Shown: positions 18,573 through 28,600 of the stretch, in pieces
Numbering within the stretch: the stretch's first letter is position 1
Layout of the letters: every line of letters begins with the position of its first letter
Assembly (NCBI GenBank): GCA_963751345.1
Contig: CAVVUS010000038.1
Coordinates: 1 to 64,000 of the forward strand
Source of the DNA: an uncultured Chloroflexia bacterium
GTDB taxonomy: Bacteria; Chloroflexota; Anaerolineae; B4-G1; SLSP01
Reading direction: 5' to 3'
DNA length: 64,000 nucleotides
Position numbers and translations under genes: made by a program
The notes under the pieces: generated by a model
The model's input: only the letters and a program-made list of their open reading frames with translations
Told to the model about the DNA's origin: nothing
Database searches by the model: none

Positions 18573-19950
18573 ATGGAGTTGCGTCTCTACGACACTTATA
18601 CGCGGAGCTTGCGGACCTTCGAGGCTCTGCGACCGCCTGAGGTAGGGCTCTACACCTGCGGCCCTACCGTCTACGATTATGCCCACATTGGGAATCTGCG
18701 CACCTACGTCTTTGAGGACGTGCTGAGACGTGTGCTTGCGCTCAACGGCTACCAGGTCAAGCACGTGATGAACATCACGGATGTCGGGCACCTGCTCTCC
18801 GATGGCGACCTTGGCGAGGACAAAGTCGAGATGAGCGCCAGGCTTCAGGGGAAGTCAGCATGGGACCTTGCCGAGCACTATGCGAATGCGTTCAAAGAGG
18901 ATCTACAGCGGCTGCATGTCCTGGAGCCCACGATCTGGGCACGCGCCACGGATCACATCCAGGAGCAGATCGAGACCGTGCAGTGTATCGAGAAGAAGGG
19001 CTATACTTATAGGACTGAGGACGGTATCTACTTCGATACCTCCAAGCTGGATGACTATGGCTATCTCGGTCGGCTTGATATCGAGGGGCTCCACGCGGGT
19101 GCCCGCGTCCGGCTGGGCGAGAAGCGCAACTCCACGGATTTCGCGCTCTGGAAGTTCAGCCCTGAAGGTCAGCAGCGCCAGATGGAATGGGATAGTCCGT
19201 GGGGGGTGGGTTTCCCGGGATGGCATATCGAGTGCTCGGCCATGTCGGCCAGAGTACTTGGGTCCCTACTTCGACATCCACTGCGGCGGCGAGGACCACA
19301 TCAACGTCCACCACTCGAACGAGATCGCCCAGACCGAGGCGTGCTATGGCACGCGGCTGGCGAACTTCTGGCTACACGCCTATTTCCTCCAGGTGGATAC
19401 GGGCCGGATGGGCAAGTCGGCCGGCAACTTCATCCGCCTCCAGGATCTGGTGGACCGTGGGTATGACCCCGTGGCGTATCGCTATTTCTGCCTCGGAGCG
19501 CATTATCGATCGCGGCTGACCTTCTCGTGGGACGCGCTGGACGGCGCGGTCACGGCATTGGACCGGCTGCGCGATATCGTCTACGGGTGGGGAGCGCCGG
19601 GTCGGATTGACGAGGAATGGATGCAGACCTTCGTCGAGCAGGTCAACGACGATCTCAATGTGACGCGCGCGTTGGCCGTCACCTGGGATCTCACGAGGAG
19701 CGATCTCGCGGACGCCGACAAGAAGGCGACGGTGCTCAGGTTCGACGAGGTGCTGGGTCTGGGACTTGCGGATTGGCAGCCCGCCGTCGTGCCGGAGGCT
19801 GTGATGGCGCTGGTGCGTCAGCGTGATGAGGCCAGGGCCGGCAAGCGGTGGGCGGATGCCGATTCGCTCCGCGACGAGATCGCCGCCGCCGGCTACGAGG
19901 TGCGCGACACCGCCGAGGGCGCGGTCGTGCGGAAGCTGGAACGCGCCTAG
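18573..19950 (+). CDS. cysS: Cysteine--tRNA ligase, frameshift near 19250
   Basis: [43 protein letters not shown]...HH.NEIAQ, RMGKS, DDLN. Confidence 0.95.
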
Positions 19951-19984
19951 CCGGAGGGCGGGACGCCTGCTGAACGTGGCAGAT

Positions 19985-20034
19985 GCCGACCGTGGCGCAA
20001 ACGCCGACTGTGGCGCGAACGCCGACCGTGGCGC
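19985..20034. repeat. 18-bp intergenic tandem repeat, about 2.8 copies
   Basis: GCCGACCGTGGCGCAAAC / GCCGACTGTGGCGCGAAC / GCCGACCGTGGCGC. Confidence 0.85.
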
Positions 20035-20117
20035 CAGCTCACGCAACCTTGGACGGCGTGCCTCGTATCTAGCAGTAGCGCACATCGCAAATCGAGCATT
20101 TTGAAGGAGACAGATCA

Positions 20118-20906
20118 ATGCAAAGCCACGTCGTAGACTACACAATCTATGGAGACGACCTGCAGTTCGTTGAGGTCGAGCTGGACCCCCGCGAAACCGT
20201 AATCGCAGAAGCTGGGGTGATGATGTATATGGAATCCGGGATCTCATACGAGTCCAAGATGGGCGATGGCTCGAAACCCAAGGCCGGGCTTCTGGATTCG
20301 CTGGTCAGTGCGGGCAAGCGGGCCTTGACCGGCGAGTCCATCTTCCTGACGCACTTTACCCACACCGGCGAGAGCGGGAAGCGCCACGTCGCCTTCGCCG
20401 CGCCCTATCCAGGCAAGATCATCGCGATCGACCTGGACGAGACCGGGGGCGCTCTGACCTGTCAAAAGGATGCTTTTCTGGCAGCGGCGCTGGGCACCGA
20501 GATCAGCATCACGTTCAACCGGCGCCTTGGAGCCGGTTTCTTCGGCGGTGAGGGCTTCATCCTGCAGAAGCTGCAAGGAGACGGCATGGTCTTCCTCCAC
20601 GCGGGCGGCACGATCGTGGAGAAACGTCTGAACAATGAGCGTCTGATGGTGGATACGGGCTGCATCGTGGCATTTGAGAATCAGATCGACTACAACATCC
20701 AGCAGGCCGGCAATCTGAAGTCGATGTTCTTTGGGGGTGAGGGACTCTTCCTGGCGACGCTCCAGGGGACGGGACGTGTGTGGCTGCAGTCGCTGCCGTT
20801 CTCGCGGCTGGCCGACCGCATTATCCAGTCGGCCCCATCGGTGGGGGGAAAGTCCACGGGTGAGGGTTCCGCCATCCGTGGTCTGACGAAGCTGATGGGC
20901 CAGTAG
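20118..20906 (+). CDS. TIGR00266/AIM24-family protein
   Basis: [59 protein letters not shown]. Confidence 0.9.
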   Translation: MQSHVVDYTIYGDDLQFVEVELDPRETVIAEAGVMMYMESGISYESKMGDGSKPKAGLLDSLVSAGKRALTGESIFLTHFTHTGESGKRHVAFAAPYPGKIIAIDLDETGGALTCQKDAFLAAALGTEISITFNRRLGAGFFGGEGFILQKLQGDGMVFLHAGGTIVEKRLNNERLMVDTGCIVAFENQIDYNIQQAGNLKSMFFGGEGLFLATLQGTGRVWLQSLPFSRLADRIIQSAPSVGGKSTGEGSAIRGLTKLMGQ

Positions 20907-20920
20907 CCAAAGGTCGATCC

Positions 20921-20950
20921 AAGGCCCCCGACGTGCGCGTCGGGGGCCTT
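20921..20950 (+). terminator. Terminator-like hairpin
   Basis: AAGGCCCCCGACG-TGCG-CGTCGGGGGCCTT, 15 bp after the stop codon. Confidence 0.6.
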
Positions 20951-21027
20951 GTCGTATGTCGTCCATCCTGTAGAATTCGTTCTCGATTCCCGTCGGAGTA
21001 TCCTGACGAATACTGTCTGGAGGGCCT

Positions 21028-21474
21028 ATGATATCGCGGAAATATCGAGTTGCAGTCGCCGTATTGGCTTTGGCCGCTGGTCTGATTGGATGCAGTGGCA
21101 CGCAGGCGGTTACGCCGGATGGGGCCTTGCCAGCGGCAACCGCCGTTTCTCAGACGGTGGATCTGGGCCCCGAAGTCTCGCCTGACGTCGTGTCCCAGCT
21201 CAATGCACAGGGCGACATCGTCGTCATCGACGTGCGTGAGCCAAGCGAGTACGCCGATGGACACATCGCCGGCGCGACGCTGATCCCCCTGGGGACCTTG
21301 CCCGACAATCTGAGTTCGGTGCCCACAGACCAGCCCGTCGTGCTCGTCTGCCACAGCGGCAACCGCAGCGGGCAGGCCTATTCGTACCTCACTCAGCAGG
21401 GGTACACAAACGTCCACAACATGACCGGCGGCATGATCGCCTGGCAGGCAGCGGGGCTCACGATCGAGAAGTAA
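21028..21474 (+). CDS. Rhodanese-domain lipoprotein
   Basis: Signal peptide with lipobox LIGC; DVRE..EY..GHI.GA; active loop CHSGNRS; GGM.AW. Confidence 0.88.
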   Translation: MISRKYRVAVAVLALAAGLIGCSGTQAVTPDGALPAATAVSQTVDLGPEVSPDVVSQLNAQGDIVVIDVREPSEYADGHIAGATLIPLGTLPDNLSSVPTDQPVVLVCHSGNRSGQAYSYLTQQGYTNVHNMTGGMIAWQAAGLTIEK

Positions 21475-21491
21475 GATCGGTGCTCAAGCGA

Positions 21492-21519
21492 AGAGCCGGG
21501 GACGTGCGTCCCCGGCTCT
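21492..21519. terminator. Bidirectional terminator-like hairpin
   Basis: AGAGCCGGGGACG-TG-CGTCCCCGGCTCT between convergent genes. Confidence 0.6.
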
Positions 21520-21524
21520 CCGTT

Positions 21525-22955
21525 CTATACTGCGGGCTCAACTTCAGGCTGAGGTGTCACACCTACGGCCACAGCCTCTGCGTCGTGATCCGGGAGCCGT
21601 GTCTCGGCCTCGCGGATTGCCGGGAATAGGTAGCCGCCGAAGCCGACGACGGCCGCAAAGAGACCGCTGAGCGCGATCTGGAACCCCATTCCGGCGCCCG
21701 CGCCGGTGCCGAACACCCTCCCCAGAGGCGTGTTCACCAACGCGCCGGTCCTGAAAGCAGGCTCGAGGACGTAATCCGCTAGAGGCCCCGCGATCAACTG
21801 GCCGATGGGCGAGACGAGCCAGGCGATGAGACGCCGGGTGGCAAAGACACGGCCCTGCACGTCCGGCGGCACCTTTGCCTGCCAGATTGCCTGGTTGGAC
21901 GAGTTGATCAGGGGCGTGAAGAGCGACATCGTGAATCCGGTGATGATCCACGGGAGGAGCGACCTCGACAGCCCAATCGCGATCGTCGCGACGCCTGCCA
22001 GTGCCCAGCCGATGAGCACGCCGTGTACCCTGCGCTTGAAGCCGCCCCACGCACCGAGCGCGATCCCACCCACGAGGCCGCCCACCGCGGCCGCCGTCTG
22101 GATGCTGCCAAAGGTCAACTGGTTGCTCCCCGTGCGCGCCAGGATCATCGGAGCGCGCACCGAGTTTCCGAGCGACGCGAAGAAGTTGCCGACCAGGAAG
22201 ACTAACTGCAGGCCCAGGAGGCTCGGACGGGCCAGGATGTAGCGCAGGCCGAACACCGCCTGGTGCCAGAAGCTTCCCTGCGCCTCTCGCCCGGTCTCGG
22301 AGCGCTCGGGCTGAGGGATGTAGACGAAGAGCAGGGATCCAATAGCAAATGCAGCACTGATGAGGTCGAGCACCAGCAGCACCGTCAGGCCGGCTTCGGT
22401 TGTGGCGCGCTGCGCCATGACCGGGAACATCCGGATCACCCAGATGCCCAGCGGCCCAATCAGAGCGCCCGCTACGAGCGGAGCGAAGACCGCGGAGGAG
22501 TTGCCGGCGAGGTCGAGCATGGCGTTGGCCCGCGTGTAGTTCTTCTTGTCGAGCATCGTCGAAATCGCAGCCGAATAGGCGGGCCACTGGAAGCCCTCGA
22601 ATGTGCCGCTGATAAAGGCGGTGATGTAGAGGTGCCAGACCTGCAGGTGGCCGGTCGATAGCAGCACGAGGACAACGAGAGTGGTGAGGGCAGCGGCGAG
22701 GTCGCTGAGCATCATCATCAGCTTGCGGTTGGCTTTGTCGACCATCACGCCCACCAGGGGGGTGAAGATGACCATCGGCACGAACCAGAAGAAGCCGATC
22801 AGCGTCATGGGGGTCGCCCGGCCCCCACTCGCGTCGAAGATCCACAACTGCAGTCCGAACTGGCTCACAGCGGTGCCCAAGAGTGAGAGGATCTGCCCGA
22901 TCCATATGATGGTGAAAGCCGTCATCCCTGTGGGGCGTCCTGTTTTGTCTGCCAT
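21525..22955 (-). CDS. MFS transporter (macrolide-efflux/DHA3-like)
   Basis: WIGQ.LS.LG, G..VDK.NRK (motif A), FQWPAYSA, WQ.KVP...QGRVF; about 12 hydrophobic segments; ATG after GGAGG. Confidence 0.88.
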   Translation of the reverse strand: MADKTGRPTGMTAFTIIWIGQILSLLGTAVSQFGLQLWIFDASGGRATPMTLIGFFWFVPMVIFTPLVGVMVDKANRKLMMMLSDLAAALTTLVVLVLLSTGHLQVWHLYITAFISGTFEGFQWPAYSAAISTMLDKKNYTRANAMLDLAGNSSAVFAPLVAGALIGPLGIWVIRMFPVMAQRATTEAGLTVLLVLDLISAAFAIGSLLFVYIPQPERSETGREAQGSFWHQAVFGLRYILARPSLLGLQLVFLVGNFFASLGNSVRAPMILARTGSNQLTFGSIQTAAAVGGLVGGIALGAWGGFKRRVHGVLIGWALAGVATIAIGLSRSLLPWIITGFTMSLFTPLINSSNQAIWQAKVPPDVQGRVFATRRLIAWLVSPIGQLIAGPLADYVLEPAFRTGALVNTPLGRVFGTGAGAGMGFQIALSGLFAAVVGFGGYLFPAIREAETRLPDHDAEAVAVGVTPQPEVEPAV

Positions 22956-23029
22956 TTCCCCTCCGTTGGGCCCTGGACGCCGCCTTCCAGACGTCTCGGC
23001 GTGTCCGCAAGCGGCCCTATGATGTATCC

Positions 23030-23182
23030 ATTGTAAGCATGGGTTCGATAATGTCAAGTACATACTTCATAAAATCAACATCATGATTAAGAATCATCCA
23101 CCCAAATGAGGGTGGCGCGGGCAGGAGTTCCCGCGCACGTGTGCATGACCATATTGACCCAGATTACCCAAATGGGTATAAT
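23030..23182. promoter_or_regulatory. Divergent sigma70 promoters
   Basis: Minus: TTGACA (23052-57), 16 bp, TACAAT (23030-35). Plus: TTGACC (23154-59), 17 bp, TATAAT (23177-82). Confidence 0.65.
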
Positions 23183-23222
23183 AAAAAAGACGGCCTTCGT
23201 GACGGTCTCGAAAGGAGGCGCT

Positions 23223-23510
23223 GTGTTGGGAAAGCGGAATCCATTGGAGATCCGGATGGCGCGCGGGGAGCCGATCCGGGTCGGCGATGTGAGGGTTAGC
23301 CCCGTGTCGTGGTCTCTTGTCGGCAGGTGGCCTGGCGGTGGGTTCGTGTGGTCTCGGCCGGCTGCCCTGGACGTCGAACGGGGTGGGCGCGTTGAGAGGG
23401 TCCCGATCATCGATGTGACGAGGCTCGTTCAACTGGGGCTGGCGGCGGTCACGCTGTGCGGAGCGCTCGGCTTGATCGTTAGGAGACGTAGGCAGACAAA
23501 GGGAGGGTAA
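23223..23510 (+). CDS. Small hypothetical membrane protein (GerW/YtfJ-like partner)
   Basis: SD AAGGAGG before GTG/TTG; GEPI.VG...V.PV, P.IDVTR and a C-terminal TM helix, resembling the next gene. Confidence 0.55.
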   Translation: MLGKRNPLEIRMARGEPIRVGDVRVSPVSWSLVGRWPGGGFVWSRPAALDVERGGRVERVPIIDVTRLVQLGLAAVTLCGALGLIVRRRRQTKGG

Positions 23511-23511
23511 C

Positions 23512-23943
23512 GTGAGCGAGAAACAGGAAGGTTTCCGGCTGTTGGCGGCTACTCGTGCCGACGAGGCTGTCCGACTCATCGGCCGACTCTACGAGGTGGC
23601 CAGCCCGAGTGCGGTGTTCGGCGAGCCGATGCAGGTTGGCGATCGGACGGTGTTCACGGCGTCTGAGGCTTCGGTCTCGATGGGGGTGGGCTTTGGTTTC
23701 GGAGAGGGCCCAGAGCCGACGAGCTCCGAAGCGTCCGACCTCGAACGAGAGAGTGGTGGCGGTGGCGGTGGAGGTGGCGGGGGATACGGTACCTCACGCG
23801 CCGTGGCAATCGTCAGCGTGGACGCGGACGGGGTGAGGGTTGAGCCGATTTTCGACGTGACCAAGATCGCGCTCGCGTTCGTCTCGATGCTCGGGACGCT
23901 TCTGGTGATGCAGGCCAGGATGCGCAGGGCCATGAAGGGATAG
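23512..23943 (+). CDS. GerW/YtfJ-family protein
   Basis: VFGEP...G...V.....V..G.GFG.G, poly-Gly tract, VAIV.V...GVRVEP, C-terminal TM helix. Confidence 0.75.
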   Translation: MSEKQEGFRLLAATRADEAVRLIGRLYEVASPSAVFGEPMQVGDRTVFTASEASVSMGVGFGFGEGPEPTSSEASDLERESGGGGGGGGGGYGTSRAVAIVSVDADGVRVEPIFDVTKIALAFVSMLGTLLVMQARMRRAMKG

Positions 23944-23947
23944 CCAC

Positions 23948-24343
23948 ATGCCAACAGACAAGGCAACCCCAGATGCAGACTCCTCACCCGATCCGTGGCG
24001 CGAGGTCGGCCAACAGTTCGAGTCACTGAGCCAGAGCCTCTCGGCGGCATTTCGGAAACTTCAGCACGACGAAGCAACCCGTCAGGCCATGAACGATGTG
24101 GCGTCGGGGCTCAAGACGATGGCGCAGGCCGTCTCCAATGCGGTGGATGAGGCCGCGGCCTCGCCCGAAGGACAGAAGTTCCGGGCCGACGCGGAGCGGG
24201 CAGTAGATTCGGCCGCCAAGATGGGGCAAGAGGCCGTGTCGGAGGCCCGTCCGAAGGTGCTTGCCGCGCTTGAGTCGATGCGGGCCAGCCTGCAGTCGGC
24301 CATCGCGGAGCTCCGTGGCGGTGACGAGCCGCCGGAGTCGTGA
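23948..24343 (+). CDS. Hypothetical helical protein
   Basis: Ala-rich amphipathic ORF starting 4 bp after the previous stop; DPWREVG.QF. Confidence 0.6.
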   Translation: MPTDKATPDADSSPDPWREVGQQFESLSQSLSAAFRKLQHDEATRQAMNDVASGLKTMAQAVSNAVDEAAASPEGQKFRADAERAVDSAAKMGQEAVSEARPKVLAALESMRASLQSAIAELRGGDEPPES

Positions 24344-24453
24344 TGCTGCCAGTGAGGGGCGACAATCATCTTCCGGGTTGTCCCGGCGAATAGCCGTGTT
24401 CGTGGCTCCGCGCGAGCAACCCGGAAGACCGAGTGTCCGGCAACCCGGAGGGG

Positions 24454-24831
24454 CTAGGCCGGGCGTGCGTCGACGAGCGTGCGGATCTGCTGTCGCAATT
24501 CGTGGATCTGAGCCTGCGTCTGCTGGATGCGGTCGAACGTGGTCTGCTTTGCACCGATGCCCGCGTCGAGCAGTGTCGCCGCAGCGTCGCGCCGGCTCGT
24601 GGCAACCCCGGCGTCGACCAATAGGTCGAGATGCTTGCGCGTGTCCCCGTCGACCTTGATGACCATCAGGTTCGAGATGTCCTGAGCGGCGGTGACAACT
24701 GCCTTCCCAAGGACGTCAAAAAACTTCACCGCCTCGTTGATGACTGTGGCAACCGCCTCGGCCACTTCTGGGTTCTCGCCGTTGTTGGCTTCTGCTTCCT
24801 TCACTTTTTCTTTCGCTTCCTCTTTGTCCAT
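24454..24831 (-). CDS. Hypothetical protein, ribbon-helix-helix-like core with coiled-coil tail
   Basis: NLMVIKVDGDTRKHLDLLVDAGVATSRRDAA, paralogous to the upstream gene; SD CAGGAG. Confidence 0.6.
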   Translation of the reverse strand: MDKEEAKEKVKEAEANNGENPEVAEAVATVINEAVKFFDVLGKAVVTAAQDISNLMVIKVDGDTRKHLDLLVDAGVATSRRDAAATLLDAGIGAKQTTFDRIQQTQAQIHELRQQIRTLVDARPA

Positions 24832-24912
24832 CGTCTGTCTCCTGATCGTGCCTGAGTGCTGGGCTGCCCGGCCCGCCCCTCGGATTAGCACCGGGGTGGG
24901 AGCCGACGGCGA

Positions 24913-25374
24913 TTACTCCTGACCTTCGTCCTTTGGCTGCAGTCTCACATCCTGTCGTAGCTGATCCCGGAGTTCGGCGATCTGATTCGTGATCGCGCTG
25001 ATCTTCCCGAAGAGCTCCTGGTTGGCCGAGATGCCCTCGTTGATCAGGAAAGCGGCGCTCTCGGAACGGCTCTTTGTGATCTCCGCCTCGACCAACATAT
25101 CCAGATGGTCGAGAGCCTCGTCGTTGACCCGCGCCATCACTACATTGCCCCGGCCCTGCAATGCTTCGCTCAGGGCTTGGCCGAAGGACTCAACCTGCTT
25201 GAGGGCGTCCTTGATGGCATGTGCCGTCTTGTCTTTCTTGGCTTCTCCCTTTAGCTTGGCCTCTTCCTCAGGGTTAGGCTCCGGCGTTACCTCCGGTGTG
25301 ACTTCAGGCGTTACTCCCTCCGTCATGACCTCCGGCTGCTCTTGTTCGGTTTCCATACGTTCTTCCTCGCTCAT
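24913..25374 (-). CDS. Hypothetical protein, ribbon-helix-helix-like core with coiled-coil tail
   Basis: NVVMARVNDEALDHLDMLVEAEITKSRSESAAFLI (CopG/NikR-like pattern); acidic N-terminus with VTPE repeats; SD GGAGG. Confidence 0.65.
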   Translation of the reverse strand: MSEEERMETEQEQPEVMTEGVTPEVTPEVTPEPNPEEEAKLKGEAKKDKTAHAIKDALKQVESFGQALSEALQGRGNVVMARVNDEALDHLDMLVEAEITKSRSESAAFLINEGISANQELFGKISAITNQIAELRDQLRQDVRLQPKDEGQE

Positions 25375-25428
25375 GTCTGTCCTCCATCGTGAACTGAGTG
25401 GCCCTCGTTCGTGTCCACTCCCAAGGTC

Positions 25429-25480
25429 CATGTAATTGCATTACATGTAACAGTATAACGCAATTGCGGGATTCTGTCAA
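25429..25480 (-). promoter_or_regulatory. Near-consensus sigma70 promoter with palindromic operator
   Basis: TTGACA (25475-80), 17 bp, TATACT (25452-57). Inverted repeat CATGTAAT-TGC-ATTACATG at 25429-25447. Confidence 0.75.
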
Positions 25481-25566
25481 GCCCCTGTCATTCTCTGTGC
25501 GCCAAGTTGCCTACGTGCCGCCGAGGGTATACGATGGCGGTTAACATGGCTGAGGAGGTGCGGAAG

Positions 25567-26334
25567 ATGACTGTGCTAAGGGTTGCAGGTGCCCAGCTCT
25601 CGGTCACGAATGACGTTGAGCGGAATGCGGCTGCTATCGTTCGGGCGATTGACTTCGCGCGGGACGCCCAGGCGGACATCCTGCTGACCCCCGAGGGATC
25701 TCTGAGCGGATACCGAGCGGACTTCGACGCCGACGAGGTCCGGCTCCACCTGGAGCAGGTGACCGGGGCAGCCAGGTCGGCGGGCGTCGCCCTGGCGTTG
25801 GGCACCTGCTACGTGGATGGGGACAGTCGCTGCTATAACCAGGTCCGCTTCTACGACAGTGGTGGGGTGTTTCTTGGGTTTCACAGCAAACAACTGCGGT
25901 GCGGCACCTTGACTGACCCGCCAGAGGGCGAGATCAACGACTACCATGCGGGGCCACTGCGCGTCTTCGATCTAGGAGGACTCACGGTGGGCGCCCTGAT
26001 CTGCAACGATCTCTGGGCGAACCCGGAGTGCACCCCGATGCCTGACCCGCATCTGAGCCAGCAGCTGGCGACGATGGGGGCGCGTATCGTGTTCCACGCG
26101 GTCAACGGCGGGCGCAGCGGGAATGAGTGGTCGCGGGTTGCATGGCAATACCACGAGGCCAACCTGCGGATGCGGGCCCGCGCCGGCCATCTCTGGATCG
26201 TAACCGTCGACAGCAGCTACCCGCCGCATCTGCCGTGCTCGGCGCCATCGGGGGTCGTCAACCCCCAGGGCGACTGGGTCTGCCGCGCAGAGCCGCAGGG
26301 AGAGCAGTTCTTCGCGCACACGATCACGATCTAG
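25567..26334 (+). CDS. Carbon-nitrogen hydrolase (nitrilase superfamily)
   Basis: E-K-C triad: TPEG, HSKQ, LICND. Start uncertain (25534-25567). Confidence 0.85.
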   Translation: MTVLRVAGAQLSVTNDVERNAAAIVRAIDFARDAQADILLTPEGSLSGYRADFDADEVRLHLEQVTGAARSAGVALALGTCYVDGDSRCYNQVRFYDSGGVFLGFHSKQLRCGTLTDPPEGEINDYHAGPLRVFDLGGLTVGALICNDLWANPECTPMPDPHLSQQLATMGARIVFHAVNGGRSGNEWSRVAWQYHEANLRMRARAGHLWIVTVDSSYPPHLPCSAPSGVVNPQGDWVCRAEPQGEQFFAHTITI

Positions 26335-26383
26335 CGAATCCGGAAGCGACCGCCGCCATTCGAGGAAATGAGGACATCTAGCC

Positions 26384-27352
26384 ATGATCGATGCACACAT
26401 TCACTACGTAGGGGACCATCCAGAGGCGCTGGCACTGCTGGAGAGGCTGGACCTGAAGCTGCTCAACGTTGCCGTGGCCCATCGTGAAGATGACCCATGG
26501 CGACGCGGAGCAGAGGCTTTTCGCGATCTGGCCGATCGCTACCCCGAGCACTATGCCTGGTGCACGACGTTTGACCCTCCTGGCGAGGTTGTCTGGGCCG
26601 GTCCTGCGGAGGCCCAACGCTACGCCGATCGCGTCACCGCGGGGCTTACCCGAGACTTCGAGGCCGGTTCCGTGGCATGCAAGTTCTGGAAGAATATCGG
26701 CATGCAGATCCGCAAAGCCTCGGGCGAGTTCCTGATGATCGATGACCCCATCTTCGATCCGATCTACGAGTATCTCGCGTCTGTCGGCAAGCCTGCGCTC
26801 ATGCATATCGGCGAACCGCTGGCATGCTGGCAGCCACTGGATGAGAGCAATGTGCACGCCGGGTACTATAGTGCCCATCCCGAATGGTATATGGGTGACA
26901 AGCCGGCGTATCCCTCACACGCTGCGCTGATCGCAGCGAGGGACCGCGTCCTGGCGCGCCACCCGCGCCTAAGGGTGATCGGCGCGCACCTTGGCAGCCT
27001 CGAATACGATGTCGCGGAGGTCGCGGACCGGCTGCAGCGGTATCCCAACTTCGCCGTTGACACCTCAGCCCGGCTGCCCGACCTGGCAAGGCAGGATCGT
27101 GGGGCGGTGCGTGCCCTCTTTCTGGCTCACCCCGACCGCATTCTGTACGGCACGGACGTTGTGCAGCGTGTCCCGGTATCGAGTCTCTTGGAGGCTGACA
27201 GGGATGTACATCTGGCCTCGCTGGAAGCCCGCTACGCGCGCGAACTCGATTACCTGGGCAAGGACGCCAACGGGCGCGGGCTGTCCCTGCCGCCGGAGGT
27301 TTTCGGACGCGTCGTCGACGCGAACGCGGCAGCGTGGTATCCGGGCCTCTAG
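26384..27352 (+). CDS. Amidohydrolase_2-family metallo-hydrolase
   Basis: IDAHIH, LMHIGEP, GAHLGS, VDTSAR, LYGTD. Confidence 0.85.
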   Translation: MIDAHIHYVGDHPEALALLERLDLKLLNVAVAHREDDPWRRGAEAFRDLADRYPEHYAWCTTFDPPGEVVWAGPAEAQRYADRVTAGLTRDFEAGSVACKFWKNIGMQIRKASGEFLMIDDPIFDPIYEYLASVGKPALMHIGEPLACWQPLDESNVHAGYYSAHPEWYMGDKPAYPSHAALIAARDRVLARHPRLRVIGAHLGSLEYDVAEVADRLQRYPNFAVDTSARLPDLARQDRGAVRALFLAHPDRILYGTDVVQRVPVSSLLEADRDVHLASLEARYARELDYLGKDANGRGLSLPPEVFGRVVDANAAAWYPGL

Positions 27353-27376
27353 GAACCCCCTCGGGGCGTGGGGGTA

Positions 27377-28519
27377 CTATCCGTCTGCCGGTATGGCAGC
27401 GGGGTCGATCGGACACGCGCCATAGGCACGGACCATCTCCGTGACGCGCTGGATTCGCTCCAGTTTCGCCTCGGCCATCACGTTGTCCGCGACGCCCAGG
27501 ATGAACGCCCTGCCGGGCGCGATCGTGCGAAAGAGCTCGCGCATGTAGGCCTCAAATGCGGCGTCGGTGACCGGCTCGCAGAGGATCGATGAAGGAATCC
27601 CGCCCCAGATGGTCACGCGGTCGCCGAATGCCGCGCGTGCCTCTGACAGCGTCACCGGGACCATAGGAGCGGTGACGAAGCACTCCGCCATATCGAAGCC
27701 CGAGGCGACGATCAGCTCGAGAAGGCGTGAAGTGTCGGCATCGGCGTGGCAGCATAGGACCTTGCCGCGGTCGTGCAGGCGCTCCGCAAAGGCCTGGAAA
27801 TAGGGCAGCATATATGTCCTGAAGATCTTCGGCGGCGTGAACTGCGAGTCAAAGTGCTCACCGTGAAGGATGAGCTTCGCCGGTGATGCCAGGACGATGC
27901 GCTGTATCTCCTGGGCCTGCTGATTGAGCGCGGCGTAGAGGTGCAACACTTGCTCGCGATGGTCGTGTAGATGGAAGTAGGCATCGTTGTAGCCGATCAG
28001 GTCCTGGATGATTCGGTACATCGGATCCGGGCCGATGGCGACGAGCGGGACGCCATCCTCACCGACTTCGGCTTCGTACGCCAGGTAATCGTCGTATGTC
28101 GCGATGACGTCGGTGTGCTCGATGATGTACTCCACCACCGGGTAGTCGTCGGTGCTGCCGATCATATGGCCGACCTGGAGCGGGCCTGCGATACCCCCGT
28201 GCGTCCACGTGTCGGACCACCGGCTCACCGTGGAGACGGCTCCAACCGGGGTGGTGTAGGTAGTGATGTGGTCGTTGCCACGATCCTCGACGGTGACGTC
28301 GACGCGTCTGAGGACGGTCCGGAAGACACGGCCATCGCGCGCCGGGTTGCCCATCCCCAGGTTGCGCTCGATGTCACGCAATGCGAGATCCCGGTACGGC
28401 TCCGGCAGATCCCCGCGCTGACGGTGGGCGTCATACCAGATCTGCAGCCTGGGAATCCACGGGATGCGATCGGGCATCTGCCCGTCCATGATCGCCATGA
28501 GCCGCTCGCGGTCTGTCAT
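27377..28519 (-). CDS. Uroporphyrinogen decarboxylase/MtaA-CmuA-family protein
   Basis: MTDRER......G..PDRIP, P..F..Y.LP, CHAD, IWGGIP, FILG.AD. Confidence 0.8.
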   Translation of the reverse strand: MTDRERLMAIMDGQMPDRIPWIPRLQIWYDAHRQRGDLPEPYRDLALRDIERNLGMGNPARDGRVFRTVLRRVDVTVEDRGNDHITTYTTPVGAVSTVSRWSDTWTHGGIAGPLQVGHMIGSTDDYPVVEYIIEHTDVIATYDDYLAYEAEVGEDGVPLVAIGPDPMYRIIQDLIGYNDAYFHLHDHREQVLHLYAALNQQAQEIQRIVLASPAKLILHGEHFDSQFTPPKIFRTYMLPYFQAFAERLHDRGKVLCCHADADTSRLLELIVASGFDMAECFVTAPMVPVTLSEARAAFGDRVTIWGGIPSSILCEPVTDAAFEAYMRELFRTIAPGRAFILGVADNVMAEAKLERIQRVTEMVRAYGACPIDPAAIPADG

Positions 28520-28600
28520 GCGTGCCTCCGTCTTGCTGTCGAGTAGAGCGCGTCCTATATAGGGGCCGACCGGCCAACACCGAATCAGCTTCTGTCGACG

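Noticed and set aside
19985-20034. CRISPR array (also considered for 47125-47178)
   Set aside because: 18-bp units are directly adjacent with no spacers, and there are no cas genes.
23512-23943. Evidence of endospore formation from the GerW/YtfJ-like gene
   Set aside because: The family also occurs in non-sporulating lineages and no other sporulation genes are present.
24454-25374. Type II toxin-antitoxin pair
   Set aside because: The two genes are paralogues of each other; neither shows PIN, RelE, MazF or HicA features.
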